Both the position numbers and the translations under genes were made by a program. The notes beneath the pieces are model-generated. The model was not told the DNA's origin. It searched no databases and was given only the letters and a program-made list of their open reading frames with translations. Below, one piece after another: positions 63,193 through 64,000 of a DNA stretch of 64,000 nucleotides (its first letter is position 1; each line of letters opens with the position of its first letter). Source of the stretch: Selaginella moellendorffii (taxonomy: Eukaryota > Plantae > Lycopodiophyta). Location: assembly GCF_000143415.4 (NCBI RefSeq), contig NW_003314315.1:1323681-1387680 (forward strand), written 5' to 3'.

Positions 63193-63963
63193 CGCGTTTA
63201 GGCGTTTAGGGTCAAAGACACCCCGCGGTGTTGCAATCCGGCGAGATCGCGGCACCACTTTGCGCAATCCACATTCTCCGTGTGCCGTTGTCGAAACGGC
63301 GTGATCGAGAGCAAGTAGAGGAGGCAAGAGAATGAATTTTCATTCATTCGCGAGCGAGGGAGAAGACAAGAGACAACCCGAGACCGGTTTCGTCCTTTTT
63401 GGGACTCATCAGCCGGGTGTAGTCGTCTAACGTCTACCCTAACCCTAGCTCAGCGCCGACTCTACTTATATTCTGGCTCTGTCACGTGGCGCGAGTCCGA
63501 GTGGCGGCCATGCAAAGTGCATGACGGCGTTGGCTCGCGAGGGTGCGAACGTAGCACAGCTGGGGTTGGTGACTCCACAGCAGTGGTAGTCGCGGAGAAT
63601 GACTTCGGCGGATCGCCGAAGACAGTAAGCGTTCGTCCGGCGGGTGACGTACCTTTGACGCAAGATAACTTGTAAACGTGGCATGATATGATGCATGCGT
63701 TACGTCCACAATGCTTGTGTCACTTGTGCGTACCCGGCGACGAAAAACGTGGTTCACTTTGCAGGGAATATTCTCGGAATATTCGGTCGTTGACCGTTGA
63801 CCCCGCGTTGACCGTGTGTGGACTGGGATGGTGGGGGGCCTGAGGCCACTCGTACATACCCGGAGTCCAGCGGTTACATGGGGGAGAGCCATCCTGCGAG
63901 CTGTCGGCATGTGTCGCCGATGTCGAGGGAACGGCACCGTTTTAACGGAAAACATGCTTTTCC
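63193..63963 (-). mobile_element. Penelope-like retroelement copy 3 (3' non-coding region only)
   Basis: Near-identical to 57210-58040. Confidence 0.9.
63376..63418 (-). ncRNA. Minimal type I hammerhead ribozyme (copy 3)
   Basis: Identical core to copy 1. Confidence 0.9.
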
Positions 63964-64000
63964 TCTTAGTTTAGGCATTCCGCACTGGTGAGTCTCCTAG

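Overview
Eukaryotic (plant) nuclear DNA. The compact genes with 50-90 nt introns, many PLS/DYW PPR genes, TTTAGGG tracts and endonuclease-less Penelope-like elements suggest a lycophyte such as Selaginella (inference). Left end: three tightly packed host genes (DYW-type PPR, plastid ribosomal protein L28, ROF1/FKBP62-like PPIase) and a decayed TORNADO1-like/COR gene. Middle: nested mobile DNA, comprising a non-coding LTR element with satellite-filled LTRs, a decayed Ty3/gypsy, and a PPR pseudogene split by a Ty3/gypsy (TSD GTCGG). That gypsy is itself split by a 12.3 kb TIR DNA transposon (24-bp perfect TIRs, 4-bp TSD ACAA, Sola1-like transposase). The transposon carries a divergent multi-exon cargo gene (ParB/Srx-like, degenerate amino-methyltransferase-like, acidic, FCP1/NIF phosphatase-like) and about 18 copies of a 22-bp palindrome placed mostly in introns; this is the most novel-looking system here. 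Right: a second small gypsy (4-bp TSD), a fungal/oomycete-type P-loop NTPase-REase gene, and a DEAD-box helicase gene cut mid-exon by telomeric repeats. These are followed by an array of 5'-truncated telomere-associated Penelope-like retroelements, each carrying a minimal hammerhead ribozyme. All family calls come from motif recognition by eye, not database searches.
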